Shown: positions 8,501 to 17,523 of the stretch, in pieces
How the letters are laid out: each line of letters begins with the position of its first letter
How positions within the stretch are numbered: position 1 is the stretch's first letter
Source: a virus
Lineage: Duplodnaviria; Caudoviricetes
DNA: 32,275 bases
Strand: one strand, 5' to 3'
IMG/VR virus record: IMGVR_UViG_3300021560_000047
Coordinates: 1-32,275 of that record
Position numbers and translations under genes: made by a program
The notes under the pieces: model-generated
Told to the model about the DNA's origin: nothing
Database searches by the model: none
What the model saw: only the letters and a program-made list of their open reading frames with translations

Positions 8501-9283
8501 GCCGTCCATCTGAAACTGGACCTGATTGCAACTCGCGGTACAGGTCGCGGTAATCGGATTAATGATGCCGCTGACGGCGATGGGCGGCGTGCCACCATCA
8601 GGCGCGGTAATGGCCACGGTCGGCGCCGCCAGGTTGTTGACCGTCAGGGCGACTGAGGTCGTGGTGCTGCCAGTGGTATTGCTGCCGATGGCGTTCAGCG
8701 TATGCCCCGAACCGTTGCTGATGGTCGTGGTGTCGAACGTTGTGCTGTACGGCGAGCTGCCAGTGATTGGGGTGCCGATATCGTTGCCGTCGATCTGAAA
8801 CTGCATCTGACTGCAACTCGGCGTACAGGTCGCCGTCGGATTGATGGTCGCGCTGACAGCGATCGGCGGCGTGCCACCATCAGGTGCGGTGATCGCCACG
8901 GTCGGCAGCGGCAGATTGTTGACGGTAAAATTCAGATAATTGCTGTTGCTGGCGGTGGCATTGGTGCCGATCGCCGTGATGATGTGGGTGCCATTAATGA
9001 GGCTAATGCTATTGAACGCCGTGCTATAGGGCGAGCTGCCGGGCACCGGCTGGCCGATATTGGCGCCGTCGATCTGAAACTGCACCTGACTGCAACTCGT
9101 CGCACAGGTGGCGATGGCCTGCACCGAAACGCCACTGACAGTGGCCCCTGGCGCCGGCGCGGTGATGGTCAGCGCCGGCGCGCCGGTCGGCACACCTTGC
9201 GACCAGCCGGCGAGCGCCAACAGCGCCGCGCCCAGCACCAGCCATCCGCTCAACCGCAGCCACATCGGCATCGCATCATCCAT
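5516..9283 (-). CDS. Secreted-type multidomain adhesin/fibre: signal peptide + 3 Ig-like (Big_7-type) repeats + 2 arabinofuranosidase-B-catalytic-like/ConA domains + C-terminal lyase/lectin-like domain
   Basis: 1255 aa; an alternative start MWLR lies at 9265. It has three repeats of ITAP...ATCxxSCxQxQFQxDGxxIG...GSSPYSTxF, and two repeats of YxGAGDI...YGxRAYS...ADLFS...CxIxTxYDL...TQAT. The C-terminus reads FFMHFGGG...WDNI. Confidence 0.8.
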   Translation of the reverse strand: MDDAMPMWLRLSGWLVLGAALLALAGWSQGVPTGAPALTITAPAPGATVSGVSVQAIATCATSCSQVQFQIDGANIGQPVPGSSPYSTAFNSISLINGTHIITAIGTNATASNSNYLNFTVNNLPLPTVAITAPDGGTPPIAVSATINPTATCTPSCSQMQFQIDGNDIGTPITGSSPYSTTFDTTTISNGSGHTLNAIGSNTTGSTTTSVALTVNNLAAPTVAITAPDGGTPPIAVSGIINPITATCTASCNQVQFQMDGNNIGAPVTGSSPYSTTFNTDSLKNGPHTIAAIGSNAAGNGTASLAITVNNPAYTGAGDINPTYTAFYGTRAYSAVTRGNPVLRACVSGQCADLFSSVSNGDLVPAAIGTTGITCPGGSGCSIQTLYDLAHNSVAAPSAGNPITQATSSRQPTFQPNAFGSGHYCLSFNGGQLLAGPTPTWSTGASTQTFVAERTGNITQYNAVLRSDSSNSLNLGFNNTANTLEAYAGTLVTVTATDNAPHVVQALFAAAGTGSNIMVDGATPVGVNPGTLLWSANIEVGGDLSQSQYMTGVVCEVGYYASDVSSNNATLTSNQLAWWNVPPAPPPSGGTYQGAGDIASYSHWYGSRAYSSATVGQPLYNVCVSNLSTNTDAGCADLFSDSSTGDLKSATIGVTGVTCPSPRTTYINAGISTSACTIKTAYDLRNNSVSNPSAGAPVTQATIANRPYLIAGTLPILGSTRACMYFNDPGAALASTATNLWPALPLTMSWVGVNQGAGSRYGYNPNNQQQYSSYSNLAFGASGGFPNLVFAAPYQWGSTTPGNNINVQAGSFISAGEEDHAPHAVQAVVNGASSSISVDGGTAVTGNAGTTVAAAGVTLGAVYVPNSVLFEGIICEAGFGAGSPSTAIQNALSTNQKNYFMTAQTVVTPIFNMTWDFDSGSAASVTTGTQISIPVMGQVFAGSGVTGYDNQNYVHSSNNTPCEVTSGSVATSGCVPAPKALWIVNGHGNPGRAMQAILSQGTYSQNEHVNGQGAPFGNIFLQTPYNVIDWQYDENLGLTPNVSANFDLTSLAKVGIPSGFVDYNTNAAQGFENLYYCIGGTAVNEVCPNPATSFDMSPDLADVGWQVNSSAGCHFGLGAVPPLCAIGTVSPSMVTGIRGGHGPRLDAGTYYHYHSIIAQGPYGFMRSYVTIGGIETEYLTISRANPFSCLGAGNGAAIPASSNFPSGSTTNCPASSGGVSVGLQFFMHFGGGAQDAAKNDSSFLWDNINAKAYNR

Positions 9284-9285
9284 AT

Positions 9286-9879
9286 TCAGTTGGGGATCGC
9301 GGTGATTTCCACCAGCACATCGCTAGCGGTAGCAAATGGCGTGGACAGCGGGCCGTCGGGCACAATCACGGCCCACAAATCGGTGCCTGCCAGCGCCACC
9401 GCGGCTTGCCGCGGCGTCGCATAAATGGTGTGACTACCGAGCTGATTGAGCGGAATCAACGGCAAGGCCATCAGCACTTTATTGGCATCGGCGGCGGCGA
9501 TCTGCGCGCTGGCATTATCGTTGAAAACCGATGCGGTCGGGTTGGCGGCAAACAGATAGATGGTAAAGGTGTTGTCTTCCCTGACATTGACGGTAATGCG
9601 CACAAAGCTCAAGATGCCGCTGTTTCGCGGCAACACATTGGCGAAATGCAGCAGGCCGCCAATGCACATGCCGATGCCGTAATTCTGCCCCGGCGTAACG
9701 TTCGGGATCACCGCGATCGCTACTTCGGGATTGCTGGCGCCGCCAGTGGCAAACACTTGCTCCATTTGCGATTGCGAAAACAAAATATCCTGCGTGCCGG
9801 CGCGGACGCCGACAAACTGATCGGCAACCGATGGCGGTGACGATGCCGGCGTGATCTGTGAGAGTTTTTGCGTAGCCAT
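9286..9879 (-). CDS. Putative virion structural/adaptor protein (197 aa)
   Basis: RBS GAGGT. The N-terminal MATQKLSQITPA...DQFVGVRAG segment resembles phage fibre-attachment modules, followed by a beta-rich domain. No signal peptide. Confidence 0.7.
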   Translation of the reverse strand: MATQKLSQITPASSPPSVADQFVGVRAGTQDILFSQSQMEQVFATGGASNPEVAIAVIPNVTPGQNYGIGMCIGGLLHFANVLPRNSGILSFVRITVNVREDNTFTIYLFAANPTASVFNDNASAQIAAADANKVLMALPLIPLNQLGSHTIYATPRQAAVALAGTDLWAVIVPDGPLSTPFATASDVLVEITAIPN

Positions 9880-9899
9880 CGTTACCTCTTAATGTGACC

Positions 9900-12800
9900 T
9901 CATGGATGCTGCCAGATCTGAACGGACTGAACAGTCAATGGATAAACTGTTGTTCCACCAACCCAGCCAGGGCCGAGGAAAAAACATTGAAAGCTGCTAT
10001 CAGCCCCAGCAAATCCGGACGCTGACGAATAACTAATCGGGTTGGTAAATCCAGTTGCTGCAACACCATCAACATAATACGTGAAACTGCCGTTCGTCGC
10101 GCCGACGTGCGGTTGCCATAGGAATTGATAATGATGGACTGCGTTGATCGCTGGGCGAGGTCCCATTTGTGTCGAACTCGAAAACGATGCACTTCCATAA
10201 GTCCAAATCAAAGAGTAAGCACCATTATCCCACTCCGGAATATCAAATTCGACATAGTTCGAACCGACCGTTGGAAGAAAACCATTCATCCTCGATTGAA
10301 CGGGGTGTGACCAAAGGACCGGAGATTGCGGGCCGGCATTGGTTGGCGATGAAGCTGCGATATCAAGAAAAAACCCATTCGCATAGGCGTGTCCAATAAT
10401 TGGAAATTGCGTGTTATTTGGCTCCTTACCGAACTGTGTGCAACTCATCAGATGATTGCCGCCGGTGCTCGGTGTAATAACCGCTTGGTGGCTGGCGTTG
10501 ATCGTAACGCCCTTACCGGATTGATTGTCGCCAGCTTGATCAATAGGTGATGGATCAAACATCGATGGCAAATCGGCATAATCACAAGAACCACCATCAC
10601 AATTGAATGGTCCTGAATAGCTGTGAGGATCGCCATACCAATGAATACCTGGGAATGGAATATGACTATCCGTCGTGTCAAACATCGACAAGCTCATCGG
10701 CGAAACATCGTTAATAACAAGATTGGTGTAACCCGCGGCGGTTGCTGCTGACGCTGCGGCTGAGCCACTTCCTGGTCCAGAGGATGGACCCATCGCGACG
10801 ACAACATAATTACCCAGCGCGGTGCCAGAAGCATTGGCCGCAGTGACATATAAAATCGGCGAGCCAAGACTCCCAGAGAGAGTCGCCGGACCACTCGCAT
10901 TGATCTTGATCTGGCATCCGCCACTGATCGGAGCAATCGAAAAGTAAGGCTGCGGTTGACCGGGATCGCCCGAGGTGATGGTGCACGTCGTTGGGCCGTT
11001 CGTCGCTGGAACAGTACCAACGATGGCGCCCGCATTCACTGGCGTTGTTACTGAGAAGTTTGCTTGCGATACAACTGGAGCCCCGGCAGCCACCGTAGAC
11101 CAATTCAACGTGAACGATTGCGCAGCACCAGTGCCGTTCGAATTCGTTGCGGTCATCGTCAGGTTTGTTGTGCCAGATGCTGGCAATGTAGAAGTGGGTT
11201 TGATCTGACAGTGATATCCAACCGTTGCCAAAGCTGTGAACTGTCCGGCATTCGTTTGATTGGTAATCGCACAAGACGACAACGCCGGCGCGCCGGCCGT
11301 CGTATCGGTCCCCACACGACCCATAATCGTGCTGCTCGAGAACGGCGTACCATTAGGAACCAGGGTGTTAATTGTTCCCGGCGGAATGATATTTGGCGTG
11401 GTTGAAGTCCATGCCTTCCACTGCACACTGACTGGAATAGCGACACCAGTACCACACCCGGTACAGCCAGTGTTCGTTGCGCTAATGGTCAGATTTTCAA
11501 AGCCCGCGCTCCCACTCGCAAGGCTCTTCCCCGTAGCCATAGCCAACCGACAGTTGCCACTCACCAAGCTGATCGTGAACAGGCTGGCAGTGTCACCGCC
11601 GGCAATGGCACAGCTCGACATCGTGCCGCCATTGGCATTGACCGACAGGGTGCCGATGGTGGTGCCGGAGGTGATCGTCGAGGACGTCACTGGCCTAAAG
11701 GTTGCGCCGGTGATGATCGGCGCATTGGTGGCAGCGGTTGGATAGGTATAGGTATTGATGCTGGTGTTGGCGCTGGTGCCGGACGGCGTCGTCACATTGA
11801 CATTCACCACGCCACTGCCGGCCGGACTGGTCGTGGTGATCTGAGTATTCGAAACCACGGTATAGGAGGAGACATTGATACCGCCGAATTGCACCGCCGC
11901 AGCACCGGTCGCGCCGTTAAAGTTATTGCCGTTAATGGTCACCGCGGTACCCGCCGCGCCGCTATTCACCGAGAGACTGGAAATCGCCGGCGGACCACCG
12001 GTCGGCGGTGTGCTGCCATCCCAATTGACAAACCCGGACGGCGCCGGGTAGGCATAACCAGGGCTCGCGCCGAAATTCATCAGCGTGCCCCAACCGACAT
12101 GACCGCCCCATTGCAGCACGATCACATACCAAGGCAGACCGGTGTTACCGGAGAAGGATTGGCCACCGGTATTGGTCGCCGGATTGGCGGTTGGTGAGCC
12201 GTTCCACTGGCCGCCATTCACCCGCACCCAAGCGGTCTTATTGCCGAAATCAACCGCCATGCCGACCTGATCGCCAGCATTGTTGATCGGCGCGGCATTC
12301 GCAGAATTGCCGTTGAATGACCAAAAGCCCTGCGACAGACCATAATAGCGCAGGCATGTGGTGTCGCCGGCGTTGCCGCCGCAATTGGTGTTGGTCAACA
12401 ATTGCGTGCCGGAGCCAATGCCCAAGGTCACAACGCCGCCGGTCACCCCCTGGGCTTCAAAATAATATTTGCCGGTCGAATTCGCCAACACCGTGCGCGC
12501 CGAGCAATATTCGCTGGTCGTGCATGAGCCAGTGCCGCTTTGGGTCACGGTCAGGTTGCTGTTCGACAGCGTGTTGGCAGCACCGATATTGACCGGATCA
12601 AGCGCATTGCCAGGCGCAAACGTAAACTGATCGCACGGCGTAGCCAGCGGACAGCCGCTGGTATTGACCGCACTGATACCGCCCGGCGTTGTCACTTGCA
12701 CATCCACTGTGCCGGCGACTGCCGACGGGCTCACTGCGGTAATCTGCGTCGCTGAAATGAACTGAAAAGATTGCGCATTCTGCTGGGTGCCGAACGTCAC

Positions 12801-13289
12801 CGCGCTGACCCCGGTAAAATTCGAGCCCGTGATGGTCACCGAGGTCAGGCCGGAGGTCGGCCCGACATTCGGCGTAACGCTGGAGACCACCGGCGCCGGC
12901 GCGCCATAAGTGAATTGATCAGCGCTGGTTGCCGCGCTGGTCCCGACCGGCGTCGTCACTTGCACATGCACGACGTTACCGGCGGTGCCCGGCGGGCTGT
13001 TCGCGGTAATCTGTCCTGCGCTCGGCGAATTGACGGTGTAGGACGCGGCATTGACACCGCCGAACTGCACGCCGTTCGGCCCGGTCGCCGTGGCCAGGTT
13101 GGTCCCGCTAATGACAACCGGAGTGCCGCCCGCAGCCAGGCCGGACGTTGGCGAAATGTTCTGTACCACCGGCGTCAGCGGCGGCGGCGGCGCAAACACG
13201 CCAGCACCATTGACCATAAAGCTGGCGAACTGCGCCATAGCGAACGTTGGCACCAGTAACGCAACACACAACGCCACAAATTTCAGCAT
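9900..13289 (-). CDS. Secreted-type multidomain protein: signal peptide + IPT/TIG domains + SPRY-like domain + cadherin-like repeats + C-terminal GH16/ConA-like domain
   Basis: 1129 aa with N-terminus MLKFVALCVALLVPTFAMA-Q. It has three IPT/TIG repeats (SPTSG...GGTxVxIxGxNF...VxFG...QITAxSP...VxVTTPxGxS). The SPRY-like part reads LSNSNLTV...TGKYYFE...GDQVGMAVDFGNK...NFG, and the C-terminus contains EFDIPE...HHYQFLW...YYVDG. Confidence 0.82.
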   Translation of the reverse strand: MLKFVALCVALLVPTFAMAQFASFMVNGAGVFAPPPPLTPVVQNISPTSGLAAGGTPVVISGTNLATATGPNGVQFGGVNAASYTVNSPSAGQITANSPPGTAGNVVHVQVTTPVGTSAATSADQFTYGAPAPVVSSVTPNVGPTSGLTSVTITGSNFTGVSAVTFGTQQNAQSFQFISATQITAVSPSAVAGTVDVQVTTPGGISAVNTSGCPLATPCDQFTFAPGNALDPVNIGAANTLSNSNLTVTQSGTGSCTTSEYCSARTVLANSTGKYYFEAQGVTGGVVTLGIGSGTQLLTNTNCGGNAGDTTCLRYYGLSQGFWSFNGNSANAAPINNAGDQVGMAVDFGNKTAWVRVNGGQWNGSPTANPATNTGGQSFSGNTGLPWYVIVLQWGGHVGWGTLMNFGASPGYAYPAPSGFVNWDGSTPPTGGPPAISSLSVNSGAAGTAVTINGNNFNGATGAAAVQFGGINVSSYTVVSNTQITTTSPAGSGVVNVNVTTPSGTSANTSINTYTYPTAATNAPIITGATFRPVTSSTITSGTTIGTLSVNANGGTMSSCAIAGGDTASLFTISLVSGNCRLAMATGKSLASGSAGFENLTISATNTGCTGCGTGVAIPVSVQWKAWTSTTPNIIPPGTINTLVPNGTPFSSSTIMGRVGTDTTAGAPALSSCAITNQTNAGQFTALATVGYHCQIKPTSTLPASGTTNLTMTATNSNGTGAAQSFTLNWSTVAAGAPVVSQANFSVTTPVNAGAIVGTVPATNGPTTCTITSGDPGQPQPYFSIAPISGGCQIKINASGPATLSGSLGSPILYVTAANASGTALGNYVVVAMGPSSGPGSGSAAASAATAAGYTNLVINDVSPMSLSMFDTTDSHIPFPGIHWYGDPHSYSGPFNCDGGSCDYADLPSMFDPSPIDQAGDNQSGKGVTINASHQAVITPSTGGNHLMSCTQFGKEPNNTQFPIIGHAYANGFFLDIAASSPTNAGPQSPVLWSHPVQSRMNGFLPTVGSNYVEFDIPEWDNGAYSLIWTYGSASFSSSTQMGPRPAINAVHHYQFLWQPHVGATNGSFTYYVDGVAATGFTNPISYSSASGFAGADSSFQCFFLGPGWVGGTTVYPLTVQSVQIWQHP

Positions 13290-14773
13290 ACGCTCGGGCC
13301 CCCGATGGTGCTGAGATAAGTGTTCATGCGACTGCGCAGATTGCTGATTTGCGTCGCCGTCAACCCCGCACCGATAAAGAAATAGGCGATCTGATCATTG
13401 CTAAAGGCGCCGTAGCTGCCGGCGGTATTCAGCGCCAGCTCGCTGACTTTTGCCGTCACTGGCAACGCGGCGCTGAACGACGATACCGGCGATCCAGCAA
13501 CCGCCGCGCCATTGCGATAAAGATTAAGCTGATTATTGACGGTGCGCGAGGCCACCCACATGCCTTGCGCCGTGCTGACGGCAAGATTGTTGCCGCTCGG
13601 ATCATTGACATCAAAATAAGTTTTGTTGCCCGTATAGTTTGGCCAGATGGACAAATAGTTGGTGTTGTCAAACACCCCGGCCAGATTATAGGCCGCAGCC
13701 GCGGTGCGGGCCGTGGTAATGCAGCCGCCCATCGCGCCGTTCGCCACCGCCAATTGCACCGCATTGGTGGACGCCACATAGCCAGTATCAAGATACACCG
13801 TTGAGCCATCACCCGTGTAACCGTTATTGGCAGAGAATTTCGTGCTTTCGGCGGGAGTGCCGTGATAGGTCGCGGTGAAAGAACTGGAGGCCCAATTGAC
13901 CTTGGCATTTGCCGTTTGATCGATGGCATGCACATAAAACACATCAAACGGAAATGTGTTGCTGTTATCGCTGACAATGCCGCAAATCGCAGTCTGCACC
14001 GCGGCAGCGTTATAACCCGTCGTCAAGCGCGAGGCCAGCGCGGTGTATTGCGAGCACGGCCCGCCACCGCCGCCGGTGATCTGGCCATTCACGACCGGCG
14101 TAGAAAAAGACACAGTTTGACTGGTCCCGTTATAGTTTACCACACCGCCCTTAGCCGACATCGCCAACATGCCGACATCGGTCGGCGTCGCGTTTGGCGT
14201 CGCCTGCATGGTCAGCAAATACCAACCGTTGCCGCCGGAGCCAGTCGCATTACTGTCAGTCCCAATGGTCGCAGTGCCACAGGTCCATTGGCCGCCATAA
14301 ACGCTCGATCCGACAACAGTGACCGCAGCTAAATCAAAAATCACCTGGCAGCCGCTAATGCCCGCAGCGGCACTGGCAATCTGCATTCCGGCCTGCGTTA
14401 ACGTCCCCGACTTGGCATAGATTTGCGCCTGAAAGGCTGGATAAGTGCCGCGCGAGATATAAGGCGCATTACTCAGATAATGCTGCGGCGACCCGGTCGC
14501 AGTGTTGTCGGTAAACAATGCCGCCGTGGTGCCGCCCAGCGGATCACTCTGGCCGGTGGTACAGGTGCCGTTGGTCGGAAACCAACCGGTTGTATTGCAG
14601 GCGCTGAAATTTTGCTGACTCGACGGCAACAAATTGCTGGACCATGTTACACCGCCGGCGCCGATGCTGCCGCTGCCCGCCGCGGTCAGCAGCAAATACG
14701 CCTGTCCGGTATCAACAAACGCCCACAGCAGCAGCAACGCCAGACTGAGGCTGAGACCGCGGCGAAGCCACAT
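13283..14773 (-). CDS. Secreted-type head-spike-fibre-like protein with C-terminal LamG/ConA-like domain
   Basis: 496 aa with signal-like MWLRRGLSLSLALLLLWAFVDTGQA-Y. The NLLxSxxxF...W...DPLGGTTA...IYAKSG...FDL...GNGWY pattern resembles CBM-like phage head-spike fibre domains. The C-terminal GDGSTVYLDTGY...FIGAGLT is LamG-like. Confidence 0.72.
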   Translation of the reverse strand: MWLRRGLSLSLALLLLWAFVDTGQAYLLLTAAGSGSIGAGGVTWSSNLLPSSQQNFSACNTTGWFPTNGTCTTGQSDPLGGTTAALFTDNTATGSPQHYLSNAPYISRGTYPAFQAQIYAKSGTLTQAGMQIASAAAGISGCQVIFDLAAVTVVGSSVYGGQWTCGTATIGTDSNATGSGGNGWYLLTMQATPNATPTDVGMLAMSAKGGVVNYNGTSQTVSFSTPVVNGQITGGGGGPCSQYTALASRLTTGYNAAAVQTAICGIVSDNSNTFPFDVFYVHAIDQTANAKVNWASSSFTATYHGTPAESTKFSANNGYTGDGSTVYLDTGYVASTNAVQLAVANGAMGGCITTARTAAAAYNLAGVFDNTNYLSIWPNYTGNKTYFDVNDPSGNNLAVSTAQGMWVASRTVNNQLNLYRNGAAVAGSPVSSFSAALPVTAKVSELALNTAGSYGAFSNDQIAYFFIGAGLTATQISNLRSRMNTYLSTIGGPSVC

Positions 14774-14780
14774 TTGAACC

Positions 14781-17516
14781 TCAAAACTGTTGATACGTCA
14801 CGGACCCGGACATTTGCACGGCGGCACTGGTCAAAGCGCACAGCGCATTGCCCGCCGGAACCACAAACACCGGCGCCGAGCCAGCACCCTTGGCAATGCC
14901 AGCTTGCGCGACCAACGGATAAGCGCCGGTCAATGCCGTGGTGCCGGTGCCGCAATTGGTGCCGGTGCCGTATTCCAGCGTGATGTTGCCGGTACCGCCG
15001 GCAATCACATCCCATGCCAAAACATAGATTTTGGTCGAACCACTGAGGCCAACAAGCTGCGTCGTTGTTGCCGTGCCGATATTAATCGGCACTGAGGTAT
15101 TGCCGCCGCCGATCGTCACCGGCGAGCCATTGGCCATCGTTGCCGGGCCGTTAACGTTGACGTTATCGACACTGGTGCGAACGCCGCCGGTGGCGGTGAG
15201 CTGCAGCGACGCGCCCTGACCGCCCGTCAAGGTCGGCGCTGAAGTATTGTAAACGCCGCCGACTTGGGCGGCATTGGCGGCCGCGGCGGCGCCGTTAAAA
15301 GCAACTTCGATGTTGGGCACATCGGTCATTAATTTGCGATCGATGGTGGCGCGCAGCGCACCGGCCTGGCCGGTGGCGAGATTGCTGACGGCGGTAGTAT
15401 AAAGCCCCATCGCCACCGTGCCCGAAGTCGGGGTGCCACCCGGACCCTGACTGAAGCTGCCGGCGTCCGCCAAGGACGAGCCACCCGAAGACGAGCAACC
15501 GGTGGTGCAATTGACCCGCAGATTGCCGCCGGTATCGAGCGACATCGGCGACGATTGCGCGCTGCTGTATGTCGGCGGATTGGTGGTCACGGCGCCGAAC
15601 GCCAATTGTCCGGACTGGCCGGCCGTAGTCGAGCCTTGGGCAATAATGCCCCAGCCGGCCGGGGTATTCGGATTCGGCACCGGGCCGCTGACGGCAGCGA
15701 GAATCGCCGCCGAATTGTCGTCCAAGGTGTGCAGCGAGCGTGCCGCGGTCAGCTCCGCTGCAGCCGCTTGGCCATTGGTCAAGGCCGTTGGCGGCGTGGT
15801 GAAATACACCCCACCGATCGGCGTATAGGGTGTGGTGCCGGCGGTGAACGCCGCGGTGTCCACCGCGCTGGTGCCGCCACCGCCGCCACCGCCGGTACAA
15901 CCCGTAGCGCAATTGACAATCAAGCGGCCGCTGGCATCGCTCTGCAAGGGCAAGGTCTGGCCGGGAGTCGGGGACGGCAGTGCCGTCCCATTAGTAGCGA
16001 TGGTGCCGACAATCGTGGTCTTGCTCGGCGCCGTGCCTGGCACCGTGCCGCTCATCTGCGCCGCTGACGTGTTGCTGGCGACAGTCGCCGAATTGTCGTC
16101 CAAGACATGCAGCGAGCGCGCCGAAGTGAGCGCCGCGGCGCCGGCGCTGCCAGAATTCAGGGGAATAATCGTGTTGTTAAAGACACCGCCGACTGGCGTA
16201 TAGCTCGAGCCGCCCCCAGGATTACCAAAAGTAAATGCCGCGTTGTCTGCAGCCGCCGTGCCGCCGGCGCCGGCGCAGCCGGTGCCACAATTGACAATCA
16301 AGCGGCCGCTAGCATCGCTCTGCAAGGGCAAGGTCTGGCCGGGAGTCGGGGACGGCAGCGTCCCACCGGTGGCGATGGTGCCGACAATCGCGGTCCTGCT
16401 CGGCGCCGTGCCCGGCACCGTGCCGGTCATCTGCGAAGCGATGATATTGGTCGCAATGGTTGCCGAATTGTCGTCCAAGACATGCAGTGAGCGCGCTGCG
16501 GTCAGCGCCGCCGCCGCGCCTTGGCCCGAACTCAGCGGCGTGAGGCCGGTGTTAAAGGTGCCGCCGATCGGCGTATAGGTCGTGGTGCCAGGCGTGAATG
16601 CCGCAGCGTCCTGAGCGCTGGTGCCCGTCGTCGCCGCCAAGCAGCCGGTGCCACAATTGACCATCAAGCGGCCGCTGGCATCGCTCTGCAAGGGCAAGGT
16701 CTGGCCGGGAGTCGGAGCCGGCAGCGCCGTCCCATTAGTAGCGATGGAGCCGACAATCGTGGTCCTGCTCGGCGCCGCGCCCGGCACCGTGCCGCTCATC
16801 GCTGAAGCGATGATATTAGCGGCAGTGGTTGTCGAATTGTCTTCCGTAACCAAGACATGCCGGGTTGCGCCGAGCGCCAGCGTGCCTTGCTGCCCGGGAG
16901 TCAACCCTGTCGCCGAAGGATTATACTGCCCGCCTGCGGGCGTGAACGGTGAAGACGCCGCCGTCCAATTGGCGCTATCGATCACCGACAGCCCGCCACC
17001 GCCGGCGCCGCCGCCGCCGCCGGCGCCGGTGCCCAGACCAGAGCCGCCGACCAGATTCGCCGTGCTGTTGCCGATCGGCGCAATACAATGGATGCTGGTG
17101 ACGCCGGGCGGGATGGCGAATTCAAACCAGGAATTGGCGGCGATCGCCTTGTCAGAAACCGACGCCGATAGGCCGTTGACATTGCAGTAAATCGGATTGC
17201 TGCCAACGTTGCCGACATCGACCACGGCGCCAGTCGGCAATGCAGACTGTGAATCGGCCCCGATCACCGTCAGCGGCGCGATGCGGGCGCCGCTCGTCGA
17301 AGGCTGAAACGGCGACACCGACGCCGTGAAATTGCCAGTCACCGGGATCGAGCCAACACAGGTGCCGGTTGACCACGACACCGCTTTGCCGGCGGAATTC
17401 AAGCACATGCCAACAAAGCCATTGGCGCGCGGGCCGCCCGGCGTGCCCCATTGGTTCTGTGCAACCGCGGTGACTGGCGCCAGCGCCAGCGCCAGCGCAA
17501 GCAAAATGCGTGTCAT
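14781..17516 (-). CDS. Secreted-type fibre/spike protein with ~122-126 aa shaft repeats and C-terminal knob
   Basis: 911 aa with N-terminus MTRILLALALALAPVTAVA-Q, an N-terminal beta domain and Gly hinges. PGQTLPLQSDASGRLxVNCxTGC units repeat, and there is a compact C-terminal beta domain (TQLVGLSGSTKIYV...SGSVTYQQF). Confidence 0.8.
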   Translation of the reverse strand: MTRILLALALALAPVTAVAQNQWGTPGGPRANGFVGMCLNSAGKAVSWSTGTCVGSIPVTGNFTASVSPFQPSTSGARIAPLTVIGADSQSALPTGAVVDVGNVGSNPIYCNVNGLSASVSDKAIAANSWFEFAIPPGVTSIHCIAPIGNSTANLVGGSGLGTGAGGGGGAGGGGLSVIDSANWTAASSPFTPAGGQYNPSATGLTPGQQGTLALGATRHVLVTEDNSTTTAANIIASAMSGTVPGAAPSRTTIVGSIATNGTALPAPTPGQTLPLQSDASGRLMVNCGTGCLAATTGTSAQDAAAFTPGTTTYTPIGGTFNTGLTPLSSGQGAAAALTAARSLHVLDDNSATIATNIIASQMTGTVPGTAPSRTAIVGTIATGGTLPSPTPGQTLPLQSDASGRLIVNCGTGCAGAGGTAAADNAAFTFGNPGGGSSYTPVGGVFNNTIIPLNSGSAGAAALTSARSLHVLDDNSATVASNTSAAQMSGTVPGTAPSKTTIVGTIATNGTALPSPTPGQTLPLQSDASGRLIVNCATGCTGGGGGGGTSAVDTAAFTAGTTPYTPIGGVYFTTPPTALTNGQAAAAELTAARSLHTLDDNSAAILAAVSGPVPNPNTPAGWGIIAQGSTTAGQSGQLAFGAVTTNPPTYSSAQSSPMSLDTGGNLRVNCTTGCSSSGGSSLADAGSFSQGPGGTPTSGTVAMGLYTTAVSNLATGQAGALRATIDRKLMTDVPNIEVAFNGAAAAANAAQVGGVYNTSAPTLTGGQGASLQLTATGGVRTSVDNVNVNGPATMANGSPVTIGGGNTSVPINIGTATTTQLVGLSGSTKIYVLAWDVIAGGTGNITLEYGTGTNCGTGTTALTGAYPLVAQAGIAKGAGSAPVFVVPAGNALCALTSAAVQMSGSVTYQQF
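15690..16990. repeat. Intragenic tandem repeats, ~366-378 bp unit (3+ copies)
   Basis: The identical core GCTCTGCAAGGGCAAGGTCTGGCCGGGAGTCGG begins at 15939, 16317 and 16683. Confidence 0.9.
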
Positions 17517-17523
17517 GATGAAC

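Noticed and set aside
9200-9283. Lipoprotein signal (LAGW) in the 1255-aa protein; early Cys in the 293-aa and 1129-aa leaders
   Set aside because: No Cys sits at the lipobox position after a full h-region. The leaders fit SPase I better.
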